From Geosiphon pyriformis uo1 (lineage: Eukaryota; Fungi; Glomeromycota), in NCBI GenBank assembly GCA_016748015.1, contig JAAOMT010000073.1:62001-126000 (forward strand): 64,000 nucleotides of DNA, read 5' to 3'. A model generated the notes under the pieces. That model saw nothing but the letters and a program-made list of their open reading frames with translations. It was not told the DNA's origin and searched no databases. A program made the position numbers and the translations under genes. Positions 51,401 to 64,000 of this stretch are shown here, in pieces. Every line of letters starts with the position of its first letter. Within the stretch, counting starts at the first letter, position 1.

Positions 51401-53494
51401 GTCTAATATTAAGCGAATTGGTTTTCCTTCTACTTTAGCTTCAATATACATTACTGTAATAGCTTTTTGTTTATTAACTGTTACATTGCTGAGTAGAAAT
51501 GGTGATTCATTGGCTTCAAATTTGAATGAAAAGATGTCTAAAAAATTGGCATTTTGGGCAATTCTGGCTGGTGAGATAGTATTGTTGGAAGGGTTTTGTC
51601 TTGGTGCTGTAGTTTCACCTTCAAAAAGTGCAGTTTGCTAAAAATTTGATTTCTCTGGTATTGTAAGATAACTGGGTTGAGTGTAATAGTGTGTGGGCCT
51701 ATGTTGATTCGAATTTTGAGCAGTTAGTTGGTTGTTGGAATTAAATCTGTTGTTGTTTGTTGAAAAACAGTTTTGTGATATAAATTGATTATATTGAATC
51801 AATCTTCTGGCTGGCACTTGATATTGGGGTGTGGATAGTTGTTGATACTGTTGTTGGATTGGTTGTGGAGCAAGTTGATAATGGTGGTTTGGATATTGTG
51901 GCCTTGGTAAATATTGAGTTGATGATGGTAGATAATATAATTGTTGTGGTTGGAAATAATGTTGATTATTTCTCTGTTGTTGGTCTCATTGCAATTTTTT
52001 ACAATCGCGTTTCTAGTGTTCTGGAATTCCACAATAATGACAATTTTGGATTTGGTTGTTGGATAATGGTCCAAAGTTGTTTTGATTGCGTTGTTGTAGA
52101 GGTTGGTATCTTTGTAATTGTTGTGATTGCTGTGGCTGCTGTTGTTGCTGTTGGTTGATAAAGTAGTTTTCAACTTTTTTGGTTAATTGATCAATCTTTT
52201 CTTCAGCTGTTAAGCTGGTTTCTCCAATAACCAGGTTAACAAGTTTGGTATAGTTGGCTTCTTCTATGGCCATTTCATAGTTTTTTGTCTGTTGAATAGC
52301 AGTGGCTAAATCTTCTGGTGCATATGGGCAAACTTTTTTGATAAGTTTGTCTTTTAGTCTAGCAATGAATTGATCCAAAATTTGTGCATTGAAGTAGTAT
52401 TCATTGGTTTTCAATTGGCAAATCCTTCTAAGCAGTTTGTTGAATTTCTCAAGATAGGTTATAACTGATTCACTTGGTTCTTGCTTGATATTTCAGAACC
52501 AATTTCGAAGAGTAATGGAAGTGTTATTGTCAGTGAACTGTTCTAGAAAAGCAGTTTTGAATGCTTCCCAGTTTTTTGGTGGGGCTTCCAAGTTTTCAAA
52601 CTATTCACCAACCATTCCTTGTAAAAAATATGAAATTGCTTTTAACATTTTAGCAGCATTCCAACCATTTGCATCTCCTGCTTTTGAGACTTTGTCAAGC
52701 CATTCTTGAGAACTGGTTTTATTGTCTTCTCCTGTGAACTCAAAGATTTTTGTGATATATGTGGAGGCCATTTTTTCTTCATTTTCTGAGTCTTCTGTTT
52801 CTTGTTCTGATTCAGTCTCTTCACTTCGATTTTCTGTTAAGTAGTCAATAAGGTTTGTGCTGGTTGATATTGGTTTCTGTTGTTGAATAGGGCTTCTGGG
52901 TGACTGAAAATCTTCTATTCTTGAAAACCAAAGAAGTGGTGAGCTTGGTGTTTGCGGTTGAACAAGTAAAGCTGGAAATAGTGTAATTGAGAGTGGTAAT
53001 TTAAAGCTGGTTCTTTGTTCTGGAGTTTGTAAATATTTGGCAGTGGTTTTAGGTATATTCGGAGTAGTTCTGAGTTTTTGTTTCCTTTTTCCTTTCCCTT
53101 TTTCTGTTTCTGATTCAAAACTAAGAGAAAATTTCTGTTCTACTGGGTAATTCTTTTTACAATACTGAATGATATTGAAGTTGAGTTTTTGGAAGTATGT
53201 TTCAAGTGTTTGACTGTTAAAATCCTGAGTGTTTAGATGAGAGTGATGTACTAAGCTTTCATATAAGTTGTGTCTAACTTCTGAAATGTTGTAGTCTCCA
53301 AAAAAATAATTGTTGATGCGATTTTCAATGTACTGGTAAAGTGTTTTCTTGAATGTTTCAATTCCGTCTGGGATGTTAAATCTCTGCTTGCAGTGGGTAT
53401 AGATTGACTGATAATACTCTAGAGTTCTTGAATCTGTTTGAGTTGCCACTTTTGAAGTTGTTGTCACTGTGTTATTTTTGTGGGAAAGCACCAA
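45488..53494 (-). pseudogene. gag-pol: A3 gag-pol polyprotein (interrupted by solo LTR), including dUTPase at about 49730-50130
   Basis: CHYCGIPEH, LILDNGS, DAKYDL/GIINAEYT/RGTQDFGSTG, YLDD; collinear with A2. Confidence 0.9.
47318..48290 (-). repeat. Family-A solo LTR inserted in A3 pol (RT/RH junction)
   Basis: Perfect TSD GCAA (47314-47317, 48291-48294); closest to A1-type LTR. Confidence 0.94.
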
Positions 53495-53495
53495 A
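53480..53495 (-). promoter_or_regulatory. PBS of A3 (TTTGGTGCTTTCCCAC), primer unassigned
   Basis: Abuts 5' LTR; begins TGG after 2-nt spacer. Confidence 0.8.
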
Positions 53496-54473
53496 TGTTA
53501 CCGGAGGTTTTTGGTCTCTTTTCTTAAATGTTGTTAATGCCTGTTTGTTGTGAATTTACATTTTCTGGATGTGGTTGAACCTCCAGTAACTGAATTTATC
53601 TTCAAATTATTTCCTATAATTTGAATTGCTGGGCTTATAAGTGGAATAGCCAATTTCTTACCAGTTACTTTATGTAGTTATATTGTAGTAAATGTCAACT
53701 CTTTCCCAGGAATTGCTCATCTGGAAGCTCACTAAAAATGTGTAGTTACTTTGCTGTGAAAGTCAACTCTTTTACAGGAATCTTGTCTGTAGGCTACCCA
53801 AATGATGATAATAAGAAAATAAAAGAAAAATAAAAGAAATGTAAAAGAAATAGGATTTTATCAAGGAAAACGTTTTCTATTCAGACCTGGAGTCACTAAC
53901 AGTTTATTGAAATTGGTAGTTAATCAATTTCAAAACGTTAGTTGGATTTTGGGAATTTCCAAGTGCAATAATTAAGGAAGTTGATTTTTGAATTATTTGA
54001 TTTTTATTTCGTTTTTGTGAGAATGATTCTAATTCACAAGTCTCAAGTAAGATATCTAGAGGTAAAGATACATTTTCTCGAAGAGAGAAGCTCTTCTTTT
54101 ATATAACTTGTTGTAGTACTAGTCTATGAACTTGAACTATTTTCTTTACTATGGTTTCGATAAACTAAAGATACCTTTTGGCAAACTTACAAGTTATTTC
54201 TACAAACTATTGAATATTTTGGTGAACTATTAATTATTTTGGCAAATTTCTACAAATTTCGGCAAACTTTTGAATATTAAATGGTTCGGAGTATTGTGTA
54301 ATTTGATCATCCTAATTTCTATAGTACAAATCGGGTTATTAATTGATTGATAATATTCGATAATTTGATTAAATAATAAGTGATAATTTGAACGATAATA
54401 TATACTAATTTAATGGTAGAAATTATAAGGGTAATATTATGTTAATTAATATCTCAAGTTTCAGTTGGTAACA
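53496..54473 (-). repeat. 5' LTR of A3
   Basis: TGTTACC...GGTAACA. Confidence 0.95.
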
Positions 54474-54513
54474 TCGTGGACAGAGGATTGACAAAAGAAA
54501 AAATTTTTTACTT

Positions 54514-57500
54514 TTTGGTTTAGTTTAAATTCAATTTATAATTTAAATTAAACTTAAATAATATTAAAAATTCAGTTTGATTTAATTTATTGAATTACTA
54601 TAAATAATAATGATAATTTTATTTCTTAATTTATGAAATGTTTTTTTATATTTAAAAAACTTATTTATATAGTTATTCAAAATAATTAACAATCAAATTA
54701 GTAATTAGATTAATAATTGTTATCTAAAAATAAAATGGTTAATTATATAATATTATTAATTAATACATATAATAGTTAATAAAAACTATGATTTTTAATT
54801 ATAATATTATTCTTTTTAAAAGATTAAGCTTTATTAAAATTAAATTATTTATAAAATATCTAAGTTGAAAAAGTTTTAGTTCTTTTAACAATAATTAAAA
54901 CTTTTAAAATATTTAATTATATAATATTTAAAATTTTTATTTGTATTTTTAAAATTGTTTTTTTTAAGAATTTTATGTTTTTTATAATTTTATTAAATTA
55001 ACTATAAAGCTTTAATTGTTTTTTATATAATAAGTTTTTGTTTATAAACAGAAATTTTTTAATAATTTTTCCAAAAATATTAAAAGATAATAATATAATT
55101 ACAATTATATATTTTTATATATATATATATTTATTTTATTATCAGTTTTTTTTAGTAATGGTTTTTTTAGCTTAATAATATATATACTATTATTATTAAT
55201 TATAATAATTTGTTTTTTAATAATTAAAATAGTATTTAAATAATTTTTGGTTTAATACTTATAAAAAATATTTTGAATATTTTGAATATTTTGTTTTAGA
55301 AAATAATTGTTTATGTTAATTTAATAATATTTTTGTTTTGAAAATAGTGTATTTATTTATAATTAAGATTTTGCTGATTTTTGAGTCGATATTATTACAA
55401 CAAATAATCAATTAAATTATTTGTAATATTTTTTAAGTTTTGTATTATAAACAGATTAATTGTTAAAAATTGTTTTAAATTAATTTTATAAGATATAAAA
55501 ACTATTATTTAAGACTTTATTAATTATAAAAAAATTTTTTTATTAGTTAAAAAGCTTATCTTTATAGATATTATCTCTATTTAAATAGTATTTTAGATTT
55601 AGATTACCAATACTTAAAAAAAATATTTTGTATATTTTTTTTTTTGAAAAAAATTTTTTTTTTAAAGCCAATTATTTGTGTTTTTATTAATAAATCAAAA
55701 ATGTATTAAGTTTTCTTTATAATATATTTTTGTATTTTTTTATTATGGTTTTTTTAAAGAATATTGTTTTAATATTAAGTTTTATTGGTAAAATTATTAT
55801 TTTTTTATAAAATAGATAAAAAAACTTATTATATTATAATTTATAATTTTATAAGCAAACATATTAAAAACAATATTTTGTTTTATAAGTTTGTTTTTTT
55901 ACTGATTTTGGCTAAAATTTTATATAATGTTCTATGAAAATATTCTATGAAATTATTTGTTTAAGAGTAATATAAAAATAAAAGTTTATAATATATTTCC
56001 AACTTTTTACAAAGTTTTTTAACCAATATATTAAAAAAAGCTTTTTTTTATTAGATAAAAGTTTTTTAAAACAGTCATAATAATATATAATATTTTTATA
56101 AATAAAATTAACAATAAAAACTGCTGTTTAATAAGATGTAATTTTTGTTTTTATCTATTTTATAAAATAATTAGTAACTATTATAATGTATTTATTACTA
56201 TTAAGAATTATTATTAAAAATATAACAGCATTAATACCAATTCTGTTAAATAATTAACTAATAAAAATTAAATATATGTTTTTTTTCTATTGAATTTTTT
56301 TTTTGACAAATATTACAAATTTTAATATATTTAATAATATTTTTTTTTAAAATTGGTTTTGTTTTTTCAAAATATTTAGTTAATAAATATATATATTGTA
56401 AATTACATTTTTTTTTTTGAAATTTTATAACTTTTTAAAAACAGTAAAAAATTTATTTATTTTTTATATATAATTGGTTTTGACAAATCAAATAAAAATT
56501 TAATTGTTTTTACAAATATTTTTATTATTATTAAGTATAATTTAATAAGTATTGTTTTTTATTCAAAAATTTTATTAATACAGAATAGTTGTCCAAGTTT
56601 ATTATTATGTTAAGCAATTATACTAATAATTATATTAATTTGGTTAAAGTAATTGTTATTATTAATTAATAATAAGTTTAGAAAAAGTTTTAATATTTTA
56701 ATGATTAACTTTTTTGTAATATTATATATTATAATAAAATTTATTCAATCAAAATATTTAATAAATTAATTATTTATGTTTTAATTTTTTTTGTTGTATA
56801 GTCAAACTAATATTTAATGATCTGTTATTATTAAAAATTTGGTATTAAGAAGATATTTGTTTTAATAATTAATAGATTAAACTATAAACAAATATTTTTG
56901 CTTAATAATTGAATAATTTTGTTTTGTTAAAAAGTGAGTTTTACTAATATAATTTATAACATGTTTTTTTTTATTTTTATTTTTTTAAAAAAACAATACT
57001 AAGTTCAAAATCAAATGTATTAATATAAAAAATAAAAAGTTAATTCAGATTAAACTACTTAAAAATAAGTTTAGTAATAAGTTTTTTTTTAAGATTTTAA
57101 AAGCTTTTTTGTTAATATGTATTTCAATAATAGTTAACATTTTTTTTGAATAATTAATTTAAACAAATTTTTTATAGTAAAAAATTAAATAAAAAAAAAA
57201 CATAATTTATAAATATTTATTAATTACTTGAAATTTTGGATCTTTTTTATTTTGGCAAAATCAGAAAAAATTCTATTTTTTGTAATAAAGTAACCAAAAA
57301 ACTAAATAAATTAACATTTAAAAAAAGATTTAATAAGATTAATTTTTAAACCAGCATTTTCTAAAAGATTAAAAACTTTTTATAAATATTTATAATATTT
57401 TATTTCAAATTTTTAAATATACAATAATATTATTCAAATAAACTAAAACAAAATTTTTGTTGATTAATTCAAATATTTTGTTTGTTAAATATAAAAATTA

Positions 57501-60500
57501 TTAATTAATTTAAAAAGCATGATTATAAATTTATAAGTATTATATTTGATAATAAAAATAGTTTTTTGTGACTTTTTGGTTCTATTTTACTTTTTAAAAT
57601 CTAGCAATTAAGTTAATAATTAAAAAAATTAGTACTATTAAAACGATTTAATATTGCATCAATTTTGAAAAATAAATACATATTTCTTATAATAATAATA
57701 TTTAATTAACAGTAGTTAATACAAAAGTACAGAATTTTATTTTTTTTAAAGATTATTACTACTAAGAAAATTTATTTACTTTTGGTTTTTATATAAATTC
57801 AAGTTTTTTTATTTGGTTTATTTTTTTTTGATAAATTTATTATTGTGTTAATTTAATTCATATGGTTTCAAATAGATAAAACAAGTTTTTTTTGTAATAA
57901 TAATGTTTTATTATATTAATTTATTTAAAAATATATATATTTTTTAATATTACTGAATTATTTCTAACCAATAGAATTTTAATATCCATTTTTTCTTCTA
58001 AAAAAGATTTTTTTTTGTTTTATTATTAATAATTATATTTTTAAGAATTTATTTTCAAAAGATTTTTGTATTTTTCTTATTTTTTAAGGAGTATTAAGCT
58101 AATAAACTTTTAATCTTTATAATAGATTTGACAAAACATATATTTATTATCAAAAAAATATAATAATTTGTTGTATTAATATTAAATACAAAAATTATGT
58201 TATTTAAAGACTTTTTATTGTTAATAAAAATAATATAAATAAATTTAACAGTTTTTTATTATAGCTTTCTTTATTTTTCAATTTTTTAATTAAATTTTTT
58301 TTTGGTTTGTTTTAATTTTGGAATTATTGTTCAATAATAATATTTAATTACAATTAGTTTTTCTCTATATTTAATATTTAGTTTTTAAAATTTATAATTA
58401 AGTAAAACTTTTGCTTTTTTGAATTATTTATTATTAACAATAATAATATATTTTTTAGTTTTTAAAGCTTTTATGTTAGTTTTAATACAAATATTATTAA
58501 TATAAACAAAAATGGCTTTAATTATTTCAAAAACTTTTTTTTGTTATTATAAACATTAATTATTGGTTATGTTAATAATTTATTAAATTTTCTACTAATT
58601 GTTTTAAAAAAGTGTTTGACAATAATATTAAAAAATAATTTTTTGTTTAAAATCAAGTTAATAAAATAATTAATTATTTGGGCTTTGCAAATTAAAGAAA
58701 TAATATTTTTATTATTAGTAAGTTTTATTTAATAAAAATGTTTATTGATTTTTAAAATTTTTTGAACTAAAAATAAGTTATTAGTTGTCCAAAAATAATA
58801 TATATTAAAATTTTTATGAGATTTTTAATAATAGAATAAGATTCAAATATTTGTATAATTTTTAGAGATTTTAACTTGAAAAAATTCTTGAAAATATTTA
58901 AATTATTAATATAATAATTTTGTTAAAATTTAAAATAAAATTAATCTTGGTTTTCTTTTTTTTCTGTGAAATTAAAAAAATTAATAATTAATTTATTTAT
59001 GTTATAATTATCATTAATTAGATTAAAAATATAAAAATATTTTCTTTTAATTTATTTAAATAACTTTAATAATTAAAAATTTAGTACTTAAAATAAATAC
59101 TATTTAATAAAATTATTATTAAATTATTTAATATTTAAACTTTTATAAATTTATTTCTATTTTGTAAAAAGTTACTTACTATTAAAAATTGATATTAATA
59201 ATATTAAAACAATAATTTTTAATTATATTTTTTTATTTCTATTATTGTGATTTAAAAATTTAATAAAAGTCACAAAAATAATATAAAATATTTAATTATA
59301 ATATAACACAATAATAATTTTAAAAAGATAATAATTAATATAATAATAATTATCAAATAGTGTTAACAGCAAATATTATTTTATAATAACAGTAAAAACT
59401 ATAGTATAATAATAATAAATACTATATTAAAATATTAAAAATAGAGTATTGTAATATGTTTTCTTATAAAATTACAAATATATATATATATATTAATTTT
59501 AATATTGAAAAAAAAACATTTAGTATTTTCAATTTTTTATTTTTTATATTAATTATTTTTTAGTCTTTACTTTTAAGATAAATATTTAAAAAACTTTTTA
59601 ATCAAAAAAAATAAAAAATAGTATTAAAAATTTATTTGTATTATTTATTAAATAAAACCGTTATTTACCAACTGAATCTCTTGAAAGAATAATTTTTAAT
59701 CAAAATTATTCATGTTATTACTAATTGATTATTAAAATTTAAGAAAAATACTATAAAACTATTAATATTCTGTGTTTTAAATTAGAAAAACACTTTTAAA
59801 TAATTACAAAAATAGTCTTAAAAAAGATTTTATTATCAGTAAAAATTTGAGTTATTAATTAATATAGAATTATACTTATAATTTTGATTATTAATTAATA
59901 TATATTATTATTTTAAACTATTAATTATTATATTACTTAATTATTAAATATTATTATTTAATTAATAACTTGATTTATACAAAACACAAATGTAATTAAA
60001 TTGTAATGATCAAATTATGCAATATTTCAAACTATATAATATTTAAAAATTTGCTAAAATAATTAAAATTTGATAAAATATTCAATAATTTATCAAAATA
60101 ATTAATAATTTGCAAAAATAACTTGTAACTTAATAAAATGTATTTTTGGTTTGCCAAAATATTAGAAAAAAAAATGTATTTTAATTTAAGATAATAATTA
60201 ATTATTACAAATTAATTTAATAAAAACTTATCTTAAAAATTCAAAATTTTAATTATTACTAATTTAAAAATAACCAAATTAAAACTAAAATTTTGAAATT
60301 AATTATCTACCAATTTTAATAATTGTTAATATTTTTAAATCTGAAACAAAACTAATCTTTTTAAATATATTTTATTGTTTTTTTTTTTGTTTTTTTTTGT
60401 TTTTTTTATATTATTAAGTAGCCTATAGTTAAAATTTTCTGTAAAAAAGTTGATTTTTACAGCAAAATAATTACATATATTTAAATAGCTTATAAACAAA

Positions 60501-63500
60501 ATATTTTTGTAAAAAAATTAATTTTTATTGCAAATTAATTATATAAATAATTAACACAAAATTGGTTATTTTATTATAAATTTAATATATATAATTTAAA
60601 GTGTAAAAAATACTTTAAAAAAAAATTAGCTTATTAAAATTTATTAATTTTCAATAATAACAAAATTAATAGCAAAATAATATTAATAATAACTAAAAAA
60701 AAACAAATATTTTTTGATAATAATTTTAATAACACTAAATAAATTTCAAATTAGTTTTTTAAAAAAAGTACATAAACATATACAACAACCAGAAAATAAG
60801 AAATACTTTATATTATAATATTAACAAAAAACTTTTTAATATATTATTATTATAACAAATATAGTCTAATTATTATTTAATATAATACAATTATATAGAG
60901 TTTTAAATTAAATATAATATATTTTTTTTATATTATTAGTTATTTAGCCAATTAAAATAACTATATTAACAAAAATATTATTATTTATACTAAAATATAA
61001 TAACTATTTAATTTTATAACTAAAATAAATAGTTTAATTTTCTATTATTTTTAACAATTATTTAACAATAATTTACATTAAAATATTATTAATTAATAAG
61101 TTGTATCTTTTTATTTTTGTCTAAAGCTTAAAATTAAATAGTCAAATCTTATCTTTGTAACTTAATATTAAATTATGCACAAAATTAACTAACTTAAAGA
61201 TAATTAACTTTGTATTTTTATAAAAAGTTTAAGCTTTAGTCAATTAATATTTAAAAACAAATTTTTTGCATAAAATCAGATATAAATTAATATTAGTAAT
61301 ATTTAGAAATATAAAAACTAGAACATAATAGTTAATAACAGATTTATATTAATTAAAAACTTTTAAAGTACAGAATCTTTAGTCAATAAATTTTTGTAAA
61401 CAATAATATTTAAGCTATAAACAAAACTATAATCTAAAAGTTTTATTTTTTTTCAATAAATATACAAGATATTTAGATAATACTTATTATAAAATCTTTT
61501 TTTAATTATAATAGATAATTATTTTTGTAAAGTTTTTATTATATATATGTATAAATTAGCTATAAATTTGTTAATATAACTAATTGTTATATAAAAATTA
61601 AAATATCAAACCAAAGAAATAAAATACTAATTAATGTTATTTTTTTATTTTTTTATTAAAAATTAACGAGTGAGGCCCAACCACAATGTTATTAAAATAT
61701 AAAAAATTTACAACTTTAATTATATTATTTATTAAATTAATAAAATAATAAACATTATTAAAAATAATTTTGCTATTTATCTTAAAATTTTTTTTTTGAT
61801 ATTAACTAATATTATTATTTTAGAATAAATTTAATTTGCCAATTTATTAGTATTATTTAGAATATTAAAATAAATTTTTATTTTTAAGTATTTTAATAAT
61901 ATATTTTTATTTTCTATATTACAAATATAATAATATTTTATTTAACAACTATTGTAAAAATTAGATATAAACAACTGTAATTTGGTCTAATAAGCATTTA
62001 AAACAGTTTAATTGTTTAAATAAATTATAATTTTAGCAAATATTAATATATACTTAAAAACCAAAGCAATAATTTGCAATTTAACCAAGATAAAAAAAAG
62101 TAAATTATGAATTTTTACATTAATATTTTGATCTAAAAACAGTTATATTACATATAATATTATTAATTAATATATATAATAATTAATAAAACTATAATTT
62201 TTAATTTTAATAGTATTTTTACCAATAAAAATTGATTATTTAGTTTTAAAATAATCAATTTAAATTTGATTAATAAATTCTATCAATATTTTTTGTTATA
62301 GTTTTATCAATTATATTTTAATTAATAGAATAATTTTAGATTTAAATAGCATAATATATAAACTTAATAGATATTATTATAGAAATTTTTATTATTATTA
62401 TAGTTTAATTTATACAACTATTTATTAATTTTTTGGAATTAATATTAATTATAATACTATTATTATTTATTATATTTATAGTTAACAATATTTTAAATTT
62501 AAATATAAAAATAACAAAAATAATTTTACTAAATTTTAAGAAAGTAAAAACTTTTTTAAAACTATTTATGCTTAAAAATATTTTTTTAATTATTTTTAAT
62601 TTTTCTAAAATAAATTATTATTAATTGCAAAAAAATCAATATTTAATATAAATAACTTTTTAATAGAATATTAATTTTGATTATATAAAAAAAAATATTA
62701 AAATTAATTTTATTCAAAAACTTTGTAATTATTATTTTAGTTTTGATTTTAAGAGCTTTAAAAGTTGTATTTATATTATTTGTATTTATATTATTTTATT
62801 ATTATTAATATAATAACTTATTTTTTTTACCAAATATCATTTTTTATGTTAATACTATTTAATTTTATTATATTATTGATATTAATATTATTTAATATGT
62901 TGTTAAATATAAATACCAAACAAACAAAAAAATTATTATTATTACTATTAAGCTTGAAAAAAAATTCAGTTTTCTGTTTTTTTTTAAAAATAATGCTTTG
63001 TTAGTAAAGCCAAAATTAATTTTTTTTGCATCTGTTTTTATATTTATATTATTACCAATACTATTAGTGGTCTTATAATTGAAAAAAATTTAAAAGTATT
63101 AAATTAAATAATAAAAACTAAAGAAAAAAGAAAAAAAACTTTTTTTTAAAATCAACTTTTAAAAAAATTTAGAATATTTAAAAGAAAAAAGTTTGGCTTT
63201 ATTTTTAAAATTAAAATAAGATTACTTAGAAAAATTTTTAACAATTAATATTTATTTTTAGATATTATTAAAAATAATAATATTTTTTAAAAAAAACTGT
63301 TTTAGTTTTTATAATTTTAATTTAAAAAATTAAATTAAATAATATTATATTTTAATTAAATATAAATATATATTAAAATAGAATTTGTTTTATTTTTACA
63401 ATTAAAATAATTTATTAAAAATAATTGTGTTAAATTATACAACAAAATGTTAATTTATGTTTATTTTTATAAACATATTATTATGGCTATTATTGTTTAA

Positions 63501-64000
63501 ATTAAAAAATATTATCATTTACAACTAAATTAAAACACATTATTACAAATAATAATAATAATATAAAATCAATAGAAAAACTAGTATTAAATAAAAAACT
63601 GTAGTTTAAAACAATAGTAAAAAGTTTAAAGTTTTTACAAAATACAAAACTAAAAAACTTTTTTCAAAAATTTTAAAATAGTGAGCTATTGTTATAATAA
63701 TAGTTGTGATAATATTAAAACTAGTTTTGATGACTATTTCGATTAAAAAAAACTTTTAGCCAAAAAGAAAGTAATGCTTTCAAAACAATTAAATATTGCA
63801 TTACTTAAAGAAAATTATTTTGTCTAGTTGTTTTCACAACTGAAAGAACTTTCTGGTTGTGGCTATTTTAGTTGTTATAAAAAAAGTAAGAGTTGCTCTG
63901 GTTATGTTCATAAAAATTTTATTATTTTTAATTTGGTATTTTTTATCAAAATATATATTAATTCTTAAGTCTAAATATGTAAAATCATTTTAATTTAAAT
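54514..64000. other. Extremely AT-rich tract, at least partly hyper-eroded transposon relics
   Basis: C/G very sparse; no credible ORF; recognisable ghost LTR inside. Confidence 0.75.
59831..60722 (+). repeat. Ghost family-A-like LTR (boundaries approximate)
   Basis: Collinear with 26497-27476 after C>T/G>A, e.g. ACACAAATGTAATTAAATTGTAATGATCAAATTATGCAATA and GTTGATTTTTACAGCAAAATAATTACA; eroded PPT before it. Confidence 0.75.

Larger units (their letters stand above)
43703..54473 (-). mobile_element. Ty3/Gypsy family A element A3, inserted in LINE-2 5' UTR
   Basis: 978-bp LTR pair; TSD TCAT (43699-43702) / TCGT (54474-54477). Confidence 0.95.
15926..54513 (-). mobile_element. LINE-2, full length, split into five pieces by LTR insertions
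   Basis: Poly(T) 15926-15942; TSD TTTGGTTTAG at 15916-15925 and 54514-54523; coding pieces rejoin in frame across the coding-region insertions. Confidence 0.87.

Noticed and set aside
55300-59000. Possible ghost LINE on minus strand (KPYE-like remnant near 57860)
   Set aside because: Too eroded to support by eye; needs RY-space alignment.
61667-61688. Isolated GC-rich patch CGAGTGAGGCCCAACCAC in AT desert
   Set aside because: Single short occurrence, no structure or second copy seen; cannot assign.
62433-63004. Two hydrophobic I/L/F/N/K-rich ORFs; possible organellar DNA
   Set aside because: Expected by chance in extreme AT sequence; no recognisable mitochondrial gene, tRNA or rRNA.

Overview
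Eukaryotic, repeat-only DNA with no supportable host gene. It is probably fungal; the style suggests Glomeromycotina/Mucoromycota, but that is inference. Bases 1-54.5 kb are a fully resolvable nest of retrotransposons. Two LINEs lie tail-to-tail: LINE-1 (+, 2025-15003, 5' part outside the window) and LINE-2 (-, 15926-54513, full length with poly(A) and TSD; ORF1 plus APE-RT-RNaseH ORF2). They carry eight Ty3/Gypsy LTR insertions from two related families. Family A: 4527-14072, 17714-27476, 43703-54473, and solo LTRs 40726-41669 and 47318-48290. Family B: 30438-40618 and two nested pieces at 1-2024. Both families encode a single-frame polyprotein: helical N-domain, CA, zinc knuckle, Q-rich linker, PR, unrecognised Cys-rich Zn module, dUTPase, RT, RH, IN(GPF). 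This is followed by a conserved non-env ORF3 of about 220-235 aa. All eight 4-bp target sites have CG, TG or CA at the centre, suggesting CpG-directed integration. Every copy is inactivated, mainly by C>T/G>A substitutions. Bases 54.5-64 kb are extremely AT-rich and contain an eroded ghost LTR. A Nextera/Tn5 adapter at 9911-9929 is an assembly artifact, and there are three N gaps. All alignments were done by eye; no searches were run.
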